This document shows positions 39,777 through 49,835 of a stretch of 64,000 nt of DNA, piece after piece. How positions within the stretch are numbered: position 1 is the stretch's first letter; each line of letters starts with the position of its first letter. The stretch is from NCBI GenBank assembly GCA_943788915.1, contig CALSSD010000004.1, positions 1 through 64,000 of the forward strand. The letters are read 5' to 3'. This stretch comes from an uncultured Acidimicrobiales bacterium (lineage in GTDB: Bacteria; Actinomycetota; Acidimicrobiia; Acidimicrobiales; UBA10347). Position numbers and translations under genes: made by a program. A model generated the notes under the pieces. That model was not told where the DNA came from. It did not search any database and saw only the letters and a program-made list of their open reading frames with translations.

Positions 39777-41354
39777 TCAGCGCTCTACGATCTTGAGACG
39801 AACATTGAAGAAGTTGACGACCACACTGATCGTCAGAGAGCAGGCCAGATAGAACAGCATCCAGATCATGAATACCTCGAGCGATCTGCCCGTCTGGTTG
39901 AAGATCGTTTGACCTACCTGCACCACATCGCTGTAACCGACGGCAATCGCAAGCGATGTGTTCTTTGTCAGGTTCAGGTATTGATTTCCTAGTGGTGGCA
40001 AACTCACCCGGAATGCTTGGGGCAAGATGATGCGGCGCAGCATGGTTGAGCGTCGTAAGCCAATCGCTTGCGCGGCTTCGGTTTGGCCCTTTGGCACCGC
40101 CAGAATGCCGCCGCGGACGATCTCGGCGATGAATGCCGACGTGTAGAGCACGACACCAAAGAACAGCGCCGCAAATCCCTGGCTGAAGTTGAGGCCGCCG
40201 GGACCTACGTTGGCGAAGTTGCCGCGTTTCTCGATATCGGGGCGGGCAGCATCGATTGGCCAGTCCTCGCGCCAGTTACCTCGGCCATCACCGAACTTGT
40301 CGGCGGCGACTTCAAAGAAGTCGCGGGAGGAGTTGATGATCCAGCTGGCGAGACCCGGCCAGATCACCAGGAAGACGAGTGATGCGAGTACCGCGCTAAC
40401 CCCGGCAAAGATCATGCGGAACCAGTCATCGTCGGTCAGCTGGGCAAGGCCAGCCGGGGTGCGACGATTGTCGAGGAACCGTTTGATCCAAAGGGCAGCG
40501 CCCATGACGGCCAGACCAGACAGAATCAGTTGCAGCGCGACCTCGGGCACGTTGGGGATAGCCCGGGAAAGAGGGCCGAAGATAGCGTCGCCAACCCAGC
40601 CGAAGATGGGGTGCAGGAACCAGCCGATGAACCCGAAGGAGGCGATAACTCCGACAAAGTTAAGAACCGGGTAGGTCTCGTGGCCAGTGGCGTCGCGCAC
40701 CGCATTGCGCTTGTTCATCAACCATCGACCGACGATTGCACCGGCAAGGATGAAGATCATCCACTGATAGAACCCGTCGGCGATGTGTACGCGCGGAATC
40801 GATAGGCCCTTGTTGGAGACATGTACCCAGCCGTTAATGGGGCCTTGGCTAAGCTCCCCGGTAACGGGGTCAACGTTGCGCCCGAAGTCGCCGAGTTGGC
40901 CCAGGGTGAAGAACAGCAAGAAGATATGGACCAGTAGCGGAATATTGCGCATGTATTCGATGAAGGCGCTGGCCACCTTGGCAACGATCCAGTTACTGGA
41001 CAGTCGTGAGATACCAATCAGCACACCCAGAATTGTCGCCAGCGCGATCCCGGCAACCGAGAGCCGGATCGTATTGACCATGCCAACCCAGAGGGCTCGG
41101 CCACCGGTGTCGGGAGCATTGTCGATGCCGTCGCCGATGCTGAAGTCAGGGTTGACATTCAGGAAGTCAAAACCGGTGTTAATACCCTTGGCTTTGAGGT
41201 TGTCACCAGCCTCGCCAACCAGGAAGATCATGGCAAGGATAACGGCGATGAGTGTCACCACCTGCACGATCCATTTGACGACGGTCGCGTCTCGATAGAA
41301 CGGTGGTTTGGCAGCCGCTGTGGCGGCCAAGGATGATTCTGCGGTGTCTGTCAC
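39777..41354 (-). CDS. Amino-acid ABC transporter permease (AapQ/BztB-like, enlarged)
   Basis: GFDFL, RLSSNW, RNIPLL, AFIAEIVRGGI, GQTEAA and QYLNLTKNTSLA motifs. Confidence 0.93.
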   Translation of the reverse strand: MTDTAESSLAATAAAKPPFYRDATVVKWIVQVVTLIAVILAMIFLVGEAGDNLKAKGINTGFDFLNVNPDFSIGDGIDNAPDTGGRALWVGMVNTIRLSVAGIALATILGVLIGISRLSSNWIVAKVASAFIEYMRNIPLLVHIFLLFFTLGQLGDFGRNVDPVTGELSQGPINGWVHVSNKGLSIPRVHIADGFYQWMIFILAGAIVGRWLMNKRNAVRDATGHETYPVLNFVGVIASFGFIGWFLHPIFGWVGDAIFGPLSRAIPNVPEVALQLILSGLAVMGAALWIKRFLDNRRTPAGLAQLTDDDWFRMIFAGVSAVLASLVFLVIWPGLASWIINSSRDFFEVAADKFGDGRGNWREDWPIDAARPDIEKRGNFANVGPGGLNFSQGFAALFFGVVLYTSAFIAEIVRGGILAVPKGQTEAAQAIGLRRSTMLRRIILPQAFRVSLPPLGNQYLNLTKNTSLAIAVGYSDVVQVGQTIFNQTGRSLEVFMIWMLFYLACSLTISVVVNFFNVRLKIVER

Positions 41355-41394
41355 CCGTGCTTCCCCCCAAGGAATTACTTACAGACGGTGGCAG

Positions 41395-41429
41395 GAGGGC
41401 TGAAACTTGCCAGGCAGGCTTCAGCCCTC
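41395..41429 (-). terminator. Intercistronic stem-loop after the substrate-binding protein gene
   Basis: gagggctgaa/ttcagccctc arms with further internal pairing. It could stabilise mRNA or partly terminate transcription. Confidence 0.55.
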
Positions 41430-41481
41430 GAGTCACCGCCCCGAACCGGTTACCCGATCCGAGACGCTGGTAAACAGTTAG

Positions 41482-42645
41482 TTAGCGGGCTGGCGGTGGG
41501 TACATGAGACCACCATTGGTCCACAGGTCATTGACCGAGCCTTCGAGCTGCAGACCGAGTGGAGCCAGGTGACGTGCCCACAAGTCGCTGTAGTTACCGA
41601 CCTGCTTGATGACCTGGTAGAAGGCGTCGGGTGCGAGACCCATTGCCGACTGGACTTCACCGTCGCCACCAAGGAGGCGACCGAGTTCGCCGTCGGCGCC
41701 CACGAAGTCGTCAACATTGCTCTGGTTTACGCCGTACTCGTCGGCGATCAGCATGGCAAAGACCGTCCAGTTGACTGCGTCAGCAAAGCGTGACTGGTTC
41801 TGGCCATATGTTGGGCCGAGGGGCTCCTTCGAAATTGGAGCACCGGGGAAGATGGCCCACTCTTGGTCAGCTGGCTGTTGCTCAGCTTTACGACCAACGA
41901 GACCTGAACCATCAGTAGTGATGATGTCACAGCCACCGTCGATGAAGTTCTGGGTAACGATGTCGAAGTCTTCGAAGGTGTTCAGCGTGATTTCGATACC
42001 GAGTAGGTCAGCTGCTTCTGCGATGTTCTTCTCAGTGGTCGTACCTGCGTTGGTGCAGACAACCGCACCATCAATGTCGGCCACGGTGCTGTTGGACGAG
42101 AAGCCGTCGCCCACGCGAGCCATGAGCTGCTGGCCGTCGAAGTAGGTCGTTGGACCGAAGTCCATACCGACGTCGCTGTCGCGGCTCTGAGTCCAGGTGG
42201 TGTTGCGGTGAAGTACGTCAACCTCGCCAGTCTGAACGGCGGTAAAGCGCTCAGCAGCGGTAAGAGGAACGATGTTCAATGCGTCCTGGTCGCCGAGGAT
42301 GGCGGCGGCGGTAGCACGGCAGAAGTCAGAGTCGAAGCCCTGGTAGATACCGTTTGAGTCAGCAACAGCAAAACCGATTGATACGGTCGAAACACCGCAG
42401 TTGAGTTCGCCTCGTGCCTGGATCTGCTCGAGAAGATCATCGCCCTGTGTCAGTTCAACGTCGTCTTCGGCATCGTCAGCGTCGTCTGCTGCGTCGTCGG
42501 CAGCATCGCTGCTGTCGTCCGCCTGAGCGGTGTCGTCTCCTGTGGTTGCGGTGTCGCCGTCGCTGCTGCTACCGCAAGCGGTGGCAAGGAGCGCGAACGC
42601 GAACACGAGCGCAAGAAGCTGTGAAAGCTTGCTCTTGTTGTTCAT
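41482..42645 (-). CDS. Amino-acid ABC transporter substrate-binding lipoprotein (AapJ/BztA-like)
   Basis: Lipobox ATAC, RGELNCGV, RNTTWT, ISKEPLGP, VGNY and GGLMYPPP motifs; GGAGG ribosome-binding site. Confidence 0.95.
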   Translation of the reverse strand: MNNKSKLSQLLALVFAFALLATACGSSSDGDTATTGDDTAQADDSSDAADDAADDADDAEDDVELTQGDDLLEQIQARGELNCGVSTVSIGFAVADSNGIYQGFDSDFCRATAAAILGDQDALNIVPLTAAERFTAVQTGEVDVLHRNTTWTQSRDSDVGMDFGPTTYFDGQQLMARVGDGFSSNSTVADIDGAVVCTNAGTTTEKNIAEAADLLGIEITLNTFEDFDIVTQNFIDGGCDIITTDGSGLVGRKAEQQPADQEWAIFPGAPISKEPLGPTYGQNQSRFADAVNWTVFAMLIADEYGVNQSNVDDFVGADGELGRLLGGDGEVQSAMGLAPDAFYQVIKQVGNYSDLWARHLAPLGLQLEGSVNDLWTNGGLMYPPPAR

Positions 42646-42995
42646 TTATCCCTCCGGATATCCCGTGTCGACATGTGTCGAGAGTCACAGGTTTGTGGTC
42701 GGAGGGAACTGTACTCCAGTCGGGCTCGAATTGGTGCAGAGTCCATTAGCAGAAACGATCGTAACTTAGAAATTGCACTGCGGTAATATTCGTCATGCTT
42801 CGGTTTGTAGGAGACAAACAGAACGCACATGAAACGTTTTGAGAACAAGGTTGTCGTTATCACGGGGGTGTAAACGGTATTGGCAGGGCGTGTTGTTTTC
42901 CGTGTAGTTTCGAGGTTACAGCAGTGGTTGTTGATGACGTGACGGCAACAGCTGGACCAGCGACCGCTCGTGAGCAAGGAGTACCGTCGGCGGTT

Positions 42996-43844
42996 GTGAC
43001 AGAACAACAGCAAGACGCAATCTTCACACTTTTGGTCGACGGTGTTGACTTCGGCGAAGGCCCGAGGTGGCGAGATGGCGCACTCTGGTACAGCGACTTC
43101 TATCAGCAGCGGGTGTATCGGGTGACACCGGATGGTGAACGACACACGGTGGTCGAGATAGACGATCGGCCGTCAGGGCTTGGGTGGCTCCCATCGGGTG
43201 ACCTGTTGATCGTGGCCATGACCAGTCGACGGGTGCTCCGTTATGACGGAGAGACAGTCACCGAACATGCTGACTTGTCAGACCTGACGGTTGATAAGTG
43301 CAATGACATGGTTGTCGACGCCGAGGGCAATGCCTACGTCGGTCATTTCGGCTTCGACCTGGAAGCCGGCGCCGACTACGCGGCTGCGAGCCTGGTTCTG
43401 GTCCGTCCCGACGGCAGCGCGGAAATCGCTGCCGACAACATCGCATTTCCCAACGGCAGTGTGATCACGCCAGACCACACCACACTCATTGTTGGCCAAT
43501 CGTTCGGAGGTTCCTACGTGGCGTTCGACATCGCCGCCGACGCTACGCTGTCGAACCGCCGAGAGTGGGCGGTGATCCCGGAGACTGCTCCTGATGGGTG
43601 TGCTCAAGACAGCGAAGGTGGCATCTGGTTCAGCGATGCCCGTGGATCCCAAGTTGTCCGGGTTCTCGAAGGTGGCCGGGTGACACATCGGATCGCCACA
43701 CCGCAGCCCACTTTTGCGTGTGAACTTGGCGGACCAACTGGTCACACGTTGTTCGTCCTGATGTCGCCGAGCGCTGATCCCCGTCAGGTTGCCGGTTCTG
43801 GCGCAGGCGCGATCTATTCCCTTGAGGTTGATGTCCCGGCGTGA
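42996..43844 (+). CDS. SMP-30/gluconolactonase/LRE family protein
   Basis: FGEGPRW, CNDMVVD, FPNG and PDG motifs. Start uncertain (GTG 42996). Confidence 0.92.
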   Translation: MTEQQQDAIFTLLVDGVDFGEGPRWRDGALWYSDFYQQRVYRVTPDGERHTVVEIDDRPSGLGWLPSGDLLIVAMTSRRVLRYDGETVTEHADLSDLTVDKCNDMVVDAEGNAYVGHFGFDLEAGADYAAASLVLVRPDGSAEIAADNIAFPNGSVITPDHTTLIVGQSFGGSYVAFDIAADATLSNRREWAVIPETAPDGCAQDSEGGIWFSDARGSQVVRVLEGGRVTHRIATPQPTFACELGGPTGHTLFVLMSPSADPRQVAGSGAGAIYSLEVDVPA

Positions 43845-43980
43845 GACGTATGAGGTTTATTGGCGTCAACCCGCCTGCCTGGATACGCACTTCGACGCGC
43901 ACTGTCTGAGGGATACTTGATGACAGGGTTGTGTGATCCTGATCGCTGATCCGGTCGTCGAAGTCCGGCACCGGCGAAGG

Positions 43981-45432
43981 CTATTGGTCACCGTCCTGGT
44001 TTGAACGCAACAGGTTTTTCTGGACCTTGCCCATGGCGTTGCGGGGAAGGGCGCTGATCACCCGGACGGTTTTCGGATGTTTGAACCGTGCGAGCGATGT
44101 GAGTGCGACATCCAGGTTGAGTGCGTCGAGTGCTGCACCGGGTTCGAGTACCAGATAGGCAACGACTGCTTCACCAAAGTCTTGGTGGGGTTGGCCTACG
44201 ACGGCTGACTCGAGCACGCCTTCGATCTCGTCGATGACCATCTCGATCTCTTTGGGATAGATGTTGAGGCCTCCCGAGATGATCATGTCGCTTGAGCGAC
44301 CTTCGAGTGTGAGCCGATTCGTGATATCGAGTGAACCAACGTCGCCGGTCGAGAACCATCCGTCGTCGGTACGGGACTCGGCATCGGCATCGGCGCGTTG
44401 CCAGTACCCAGCGCACAGGCTCGGGCCGCGGACTTCGACGGTCCCTGTCTCACCTGCGCGGAGTACCCCACCGATGTCGTCGACGATGCGAATTTCGTAA
44501 CCAGGAAGGGCGTGACCCACGGATCCCGCGGAGACGTTGTCGATCCGGTTTGATGCGATGATGCCAGCCTCGCTCATGCCATATCGCTCGACGATCTGGC
44601 GGCCGGTGCGATCAGTGAAATCGGCATGGGTAATCTCTGTCATCGGCGCTGAGCCTGAAGTGAAGAGTCGCATAGATGCGCACGAGTCTGGACCGAATCG
44701 GTCGTTGTTGAGCAGGCGGTGGTAATACGTGGGCACACCCATAAAGACGGTGGCCCCGTCTAGTGCGTCGATTACCGAGTCGGGGTCGAAGCGGGGCAGG
44801 AACCGTGTCTGTGCGCCGCGCAACATGGTGGGGTGCAATGCGATGAACAGCCCGTGCACATGGAAGATGGGTAACGAGTGCACGAGGATGTCGTCGCTGG
44901 TGAACTGCCATATATCGGCGAGCGCTGTGGCGTTGTCGAGCAAGCAACCGTGGGTCAGCGTTGCACCCTTGGGCCGGCCGGTGGTGCCCGACGTGTACAC
45001 CAGTGACGCAGGCGTGTGCTTGTCGACTTCGGCGATGTGGATGGGTTCGAGTGTTGCGGCCACAGCCACAAGATCGTCGATCGCCACGGTGGGGGTATCG
45101 ACGCTGTCTACCGCCGACGGGTCATCGACCACCAGGAGCGATGCCCCGGCATCGGTGCAGAAGTAGGAGATCTCGTCGGGTGTATATGCAGTGTTCGTTG
45201 GCACGTAGACGACCCCTGCTGCGAGACAACCGAGCCACAAGGCGAACCCGTCGGCTGACTTCTCGGTTTGGGCTACCAGCCGGTCGCCCGGGCCGAGACC
45301 GGACGATCGCACCGCGGTGCCGAGCTGACGGGCATGGATTGCGTAGTCGCCATACCGATGCGTCGTGTCACCTTCGATCAGGAACGGACGATCAGCGGGA
45401 GCGGTGAATAACTCGTGAAACAGGTTCGACAC
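43981..45432 (-). CDS. Acyl-CoA synthetase, malonyl-CoA synthetase MatB-like
   Basis: YTSGTTGRPKGA, LPIFHVHGLF, FMGVPTYY, ERYGMSE and PRNAMGKVQKN motifs. Confidence 0.88.
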   Translation of the reverse strand: MSNLFHELFTAPADRPFLIEGDTTHRYGDYAIHARQLGTAVRSSGLGPGDRLVAQTEKSADGFALWLGCLAAGVVYVPTNTAYTPDEISYFCTDAGASLLVVDDPSAVDSVDTPTVAIDDLVAVAATLEPIHIAEVDKHTPASLVYTSGTTGRPKGATLTHGCLLDNATALADIWQFTSDDILVHSLPIFHVHGLFIALHPTMLRGAQTRFLPRFDPDSVIDALDGATVFMGVPTYYHRLLNNDRFGPDSCASMRLFTSGSAPMTEITHADFTDRTGRQIVERYGMSEAGIIASNRIDNVSAGSVGHALPGYEIRIVDDIGGVLRAGETGTVEVRGPSLCAGYWQRADADAESRTDDGWFSTGDVGSLDITNRLTLEGRSSDMIISGGLNIYPKEIEMVIDEIEGVLESAVVGQPHQDFGEAVVAYLVLEPGAALDALNLDVALTSLARFKHPKTVRVISALPRNAMGKVQKNLLRSNQDGDQ

Positions 45433-45470
45433 GACTCAAGCATTGCGGATGGTTCGTACCTGGTGGAAGT

Positions 45471-46127
45471 TCACAACTCGAACAGGCCTGCGGGTGGGCA
45501 AGTATCGGCGCTGCAGTTGTACCAATACGCCTCGTAGTACTCGCCGTTGGATGCCAGATACGGCCTGGTCTCGGGTAGCGGGTGGTAGCCGAGTTGGGTC
45601 ATGACTCGTTGCATACCAATATTGGTGATGCGGGTACCGATATGGATCGGTGTTGGTTCGTATTGCAGGAGTGTGATTGCGGCCGCCATGATCTCGCGCC
45701 CATATCCCTTGCGGCGATGATCGGTATGCACGTGCACGCCGATCGATCGCGCATGTTCCGGTTCAAGAGGTGATGTTGAGAAGCTGGCGGTACCGACAGC
45801 GACGCCGGTCGAACGTTCAAACGCGACCAGCTCCGTGTCTCGGTATATGGCAAACAGCTTGCGGTCGGCAAACCGTTTGGTGACTGCTGCAGCCTCGTCG
45901 CCGGTCCATCCGTTGGCTTTGGCCGCTACCGGGTCAGATGCCATCTCGATATAGAAATCTCGATCCGATCGCTTTGGTGGCCGAAACTGCAGCCGTTGAC
46001 TGGCACGTCGCGAGATCAGTCGGAAGCCGCGTTCGGTGTCTCGTTTTCGGGCGAGGTGGATCTGGTCAGAGACGAACAAACCGATCGCAACTGCGAAGAA
46101 CGCAACGACCACAACCAACACCAACAT
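45471..46127 (-). CDS. GNAT (RimJ/RimL-like) acetyltransferase with N-terminal membrane anchor
   Basis: Hydrophobic N-terminus; HRRKGYGRE; NIGMQRVMTQLGY. Confidence 0.75.
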   Translation of the reverse strand: MLVLVVVVAFFAVAIGLFVSDQIHLARKRDTERGFRLISRRASQRLQFRPPKRSDRDFYIEMASDPVAAKANGWTGDEAAAVTKRFADRKLFAIYRDTELVAFERSTGVAVGTASFSTSPLEPEHARSIGVHVHTDHRRKGYGREIMAAAITLLQYEPTPIHIGTRITNIGMQRVMTQLGYHPLPETRPYLASNGEYYEAYWYNCSADTCPPAGLFEL

Positions 46128-46143
46128 GAGGTGACAACACTAC

Positions 46144-46171
46144 GACCCCGTACCTGAGGACCCCGTACCTG
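46144..46171. repeat. 13-bp direct repeat gaccccgtacctg x2 (15-bp period)
   Basis: Copies at 46144-46156 and 46159-46171. Confidence 0.85.
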
Positions 46172-46270
46172 CGTAACAGCCCTCTCTCTGGATCAGGCGG
46201 TGGGTTTGGCGACGGCGTTATTAGTAGTGTTCACATTGGTGTAACCGCGCTGGAACATAGGTTTGCAAAA

Positions 46271-46600
46271 GTGCACGGCATGGGACACATCACGACTTCC
46301 ACACGCACCTCTTCCAATCGCCGGTCGGTGCCAACAGCTCTTCAGGGCGAGCTGTTTCACGCTTCTGAGCGACTGGTTGTCGCCCCAACTGGCGGCATCT
46401 TTGAACCGGCAATGGACTTGCGTCCCGGTCGCCGGATTCAGATCGGCCAGGTTGTTGGTCATCTCAGCAGCGGGGCTACTCGCACGCCGATTGTGAGCCC
46501 CTTCGCTGGAGAGTCGGGCGAAGCGTTGGCCTGGTCGGGTGAACGCCTTGTTTCACATCAGCCGGTCATGTGGCTTTCCACCGGGCTCGGTGCACCATGA
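46271..46600 (+). CDS. Small biotin/lipoyl-attachment-like (barrel-sandwich hybrid) protein lacking lysine
   Basis: VVAPTGGIF...GRRIQIGQVVG...IVSPFAG...GERLVSHQPV pattern; stop overlaps the next ATG. Confidence 0.65.
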   Translation: MHGMGHITTSTRTSSNRRSVPTALQGELFHASERLVVAPTGGIFEPAMDLRPGRRIQIGQVVGHLSSGATRTPIVSPFAGESGEALAWSGERLVSHQPVMWLSTGLGAP

Positions 46601-47370
46601 GCGATGTTGCGGTTGAGAACATGACCAGCCCTAACGCCAGCACCCCTAACGCCACATCACCGGCGCGTGACCGGATTGTCGAAGCAGTTGCCTCAGCCGG
46701 AAGTCATGCCTGGCTTGGACGAGCGCTGACAGTTCCGCTTCGAAAACTGTGGCTTGACGTCGACATGGTGGGCCAGGAGAACGTGCCTACCGAAGGCGCC
46801 GTCGTCTTGGCTGCCAACCATCTGGCGTTCATCGACTCGCTGTTGGTGATGTACAGCTTGGACCGGCCGGTGAGTTTCTTGGGCAAAGCGGAATACCTGA
46901 ACCATCCCGTGGCCCGACGTCTCTTTCCGATGACCGGCATGTTGCCACTCGATCGCACTGGTAAACGTGCTCGGGTGACACTGCGTCGAGTCCAAGAAAT
47001 CCTGTCTGAGGGCGGCGTAGTTGGTGTGCACCCGGAAGGGACACGTTCCCGAGATGGCATGCTGAACCCAGGTCATAGCGGCGTCGCCCAGATGGCACTG
47101 CAAGCATCGGCACCAATCGTCCCGGTTGCCCTGATCGGTACCGATGTAGCCCAGCCCGTCGGCACGATCGTGCCCGGATTCCGTAGCAAGATTGAGATTC
47201 ATTTCGGGGCGCCGATTGGTATGGGCCGGTGGGCGAGCAACCGACGTACCCGTCACGCCCGCACTGAACTGACCGAGGAGGTCATGCAATCGATCGCTGC
47301 ACTGTCTGGCCAACAACGGTCTGGTCTGAGTCAGCGCAGTCGCTATGTGCCTGAGCCGATGCTCGTCTGA
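46597..47370 (+). CDS. Lysophospholipid (1-acylglycerol-3-phosphate) acyltransferase family
   Basis: ANHLAFID, FLGKAEY, PEGTRSRDG and PIVPV motifs. Confidence 0.93.
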   Translation: MSDVAVENMTSPNASTPNATSPARDRIVEAVASAGSHAWLGRALTVPLRKLWLDVDMVGQENVPTEGAVVLAANHLAFIDSLLVMYSLDRPVSFLGKAEYLNHPVARRLFPMTGMLPLDRTGKRARVTLRRVQEILSEGGVVGVHPEGTRSRDGMLNPGHSGVAQMALQASAPIVPVALIGTDVAQPVGTIVPGFRSKIEIHFGAPIGMGRWASNRRTRHARTELTEEVMQSIAALSGQQRSGLSQRSRYVPEPMLV

Positions 47371-47385
47371 CCTAGCCTTGCGAGT

Positions 47386-48600
47386 GTGCAATTGGACAAG
47401 GTCAACGCGCATCAAACGTTCCTCATCCAGGTCGATGGGCCCGACAAGGAGGGAATAACCACCCATGTACTTGGCACCTTGGCTGGCGCCGGTGCAACGA
47501 TCGAGGACGTTGAACAGATCGTTATCCGCAGCCATATTTCGCTCAATATCGTGGCTCAGATCCCCGACGGGCGAGACCTGTTGAAGGAGCTCCTACTCGT
47601 GGGCTACGAGCGGGGCCTGAGCATCGAATTTGAACCGGTCGATGCCACGCCGACTCGCAAACCAACCGGGACCATCGTGACCGTTCTCGGCCAGCGCCTC
47701 GAAGCGGCTGAACTTGCGGCAGTCACGGGCGTGGTCACCGACACGGGGGGCAACGTCGACCGTCTCGAACGACTGTCGAAGTATCCAGCATGGAGCTACC
47801 AGCTCTCGGTTACCGGTGGTGACGTGCATGCGCTGCGCGAAGGACTTGTTGGTCTGCGTCGCGAGTTTCCCTCCATGGACGTGGCGATACAACCAAAAGG
47901 TCTGCCCAGGCGGGCGTTGCGGGTCATGGTGCTCGATGTCGACCGCACGCTCGTACAAAACGAGATGATTGACGAACTTGCCGAGGTGGCTGGGGTCGGC
48001 GAGCAGGTCGCCATCCTGACCGAACGAGCTATGCAAGGTGAACTTGATTTCGAAGAGGCACTTCGTGCTCGGGTCAGGCTGTTGGCCGGACAACCAGAAT
48101 CCATTTTGGACAAGGGTTGGGACCGACTACGGCTCACACCTGGCGCCCGCACCTTCATCGCGACGTTGCGACACCTAGGCTTCAAGATTGCGATCGTGAG
48201 TGGCGGCTTCACCTCGATCACCGAACGGCTTAAGGACGAGCTCGGTCTGGACTACGCGTTCGCCAACACGCTTGAGATCGTTGATGGTCAACTGACTGGC
48301 CGACTCGAGGGGCCAATCGTAGATCGACAACGTAAGGCACAAATCCTGCACATGATTGCTGCCGAAGAGGGATTGGCTACCCGCCAGATCGTGGCGGTAG
48401 GCGACGGCGCCAACGATATTGACATGCTCGAAGCTGCTGGCCTTGGTATTGCCTTCAATGCCAAGAGCGGCGTCGCCAATGCAGCGGATGCCGAGCTTAA
48501 TTTGCCCTACCTCGACGCAGTGTTGTTCATGCTGGGTGTAAGTAGGGAAGACATCGAGAGCGAAGGTTCGCTCACAACCGACACCCCGCCGCCTGTGTGA
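47386..48600 (+). CDS. serB: Phosphoserine phosphatase with N-terminal ACT domains
   Basis: GPDKEGIT ACT domain; HAD motifs DVDRT, VSGGF and VGDGANDIDM. Confidence 0.95.
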   Translation: MQLDKVNAHQTFLIQVDGPDKEGITTHVLGTLAGAGATIEDVEQIVIRSHISLNIVAQIPDGRDLLKELLLVGYERGLSIEFEPVDATPTRKPTGTIVTVLGQRLEAAELAAVTGVVTDTGGNVDRLERLSKYPAWSYQLSVTGGDVHALREGLVGLRREFPSMDVAIQPKGLPRRALRVMVLDVDRTLVQNEMIDELAEVAGVGEQVAILTERAMQGELDFEEALRARVRLLAGQPESILDKGWDRLRLTPGARTFIATLRHLGFKIAIVSGGFTSITERLKDELGLDYAFANTLEIVDGQLTGRLEGPIVDRQRKAQILHMIAAEEGLATRQIVAVGDGANDIDMLEAAGLGIAFNAKSGVANAADAELNLPYLDAVLFMLGVSREDIESEGSLTTDTPPPV

Positions 48601-48740
48601 GACCAGAGTTCTCCGAGGATCGTAATCGGGCTCATTGTTCGGACGTGCCGTAGTTGTGCAGAGATGCGCTGGCGGGTGACTGGAAGCGAAAATCGTGTAG
48701 GTTCGCCTTCGGCCAGCCATCGTCTGCCACAGTGGCGGGC

Positions 48741-49835
48741 ATGAGAGTGCTGCAGGCCAGAGAAGACCAACCGGCGGTTGCAGTCGCATGGTCGGATGTC
48801 TCCCAGTCTGTCGAACCAGGATGGCTCTGGATCGATGTACTCGTTGGTGACGACGCTGAGCCGTTGATTCGTCTAGCCGACGAACTCGGGCTTGATCAGC
48901 TCGGCGTGCGCGACGCCATCGACGATGGTGACCTGCCGAAGGTCGACGATTTCGACGATCATCTGCTTGTCGTCTTTCATGGTCTGAGCGAGGACGAGGT
49001 CACGACCTATCAGGTGAACTGCTTCTTGACCGACACCCATCTGTTGACTGTGCACCGGCAACAATCACCGTCAATCGATGCCCTGTGGGAACACGTACAA
49101 CGTTCGATGGATTTGAGTACCGGACGGCCAGACGAACTGCTGGCTCGCCTTGCCGATGTACTCACCCAGCGTCATATGGCGGTGATCGAGGTGTTCGATC
49201 GCAGCGTCGACGATCTGATCGATGCAGCGCTGGCTGCAGAACCTACGCTCATCGCTGACCTCACGACCATGCGTTCTGAGCTTGCCCGAGTGCGCCGTAT
49301 CGTGCAGCCCCAACGCGAAGCACTTGATGTGCTGCGAAGGACTACCTCACCGCTGATTAGCCCCGCTGGCCAGCGGCGATTTGCCGATGTGTTCGACCTT
49401 GCGTCTCGCACGGCACACGGGTTTGATGCAGCCCGGACCGCGTTAGCGGAAGTGCTTGACGCGTATCGCGGTGCCGAGGCGCGAAAGGCAACCGAGGTCA
49501 CCAAGGTCTTGACCGTTTATGCCGCCATTATGTTGCCGTTATCGTTGATCGCCGGCATCTTCGGCATGAATTTCGCGAACCTGCCAGCGCTTGATAGCGA
49601 CCGAGGTTGGGTCATCGCCGCTGGGGCCATGGTTGTGGTTTTGGTTGGCTCGTTGGTCGTGTTCGCGGCCCTTGGATGGATCCGACTTCCAAGTGGGCGC
49701 AAGGCAGGCTCATTGCTCGGCCGTGGCTTGGTTGAAGCCGCGCGTTCACCGGTCAAACTGGTGAGCACGGTCGTCGACGTCTCTCGCCGTCCTGCATCGC
49801 GTACTCGTCGGCGATCAAGTGACCGTAGTACCTGA
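48741..49835 (+). CDS. corA: CorA family Mg2+/Co2+ transporter
   Basis: WIDV, PKVD and GIFGMNF (GMN signature) with two C-terminal TM helices. Confidence 0.93.
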   Translation: MRVLQAREDQPAVAVAWSDVSQSVEPGWLWIDVLVGDDAEPLIRLADELGLDQLGVRDAIDDGDLPKVDDFDDHLLVVFHGLSEDEVTTYQVNCFLTDTHLLTVHRQQSPSIDALWEHVQRSMDLSTGRPDELLARLADVLTQRHMAVIEVFDRSVDDLIDAALAAEPTLIADLTTMRSELARVRRIVQPQREALDVLRRTTSPLISPAGQRRFADVFDLASRTAHGFDAARTALAEVLDAYRGAEARKATEVTKVLTVYAAIMLPLSLIAGIFGMNFANLPALDSDRGWVIAAGAMVVVLVGSLVVFAALGWIRLPSGRKAGSLLGRGLVEAARSPVKLVSTVVDVSRRPASRTRRRSSDRST

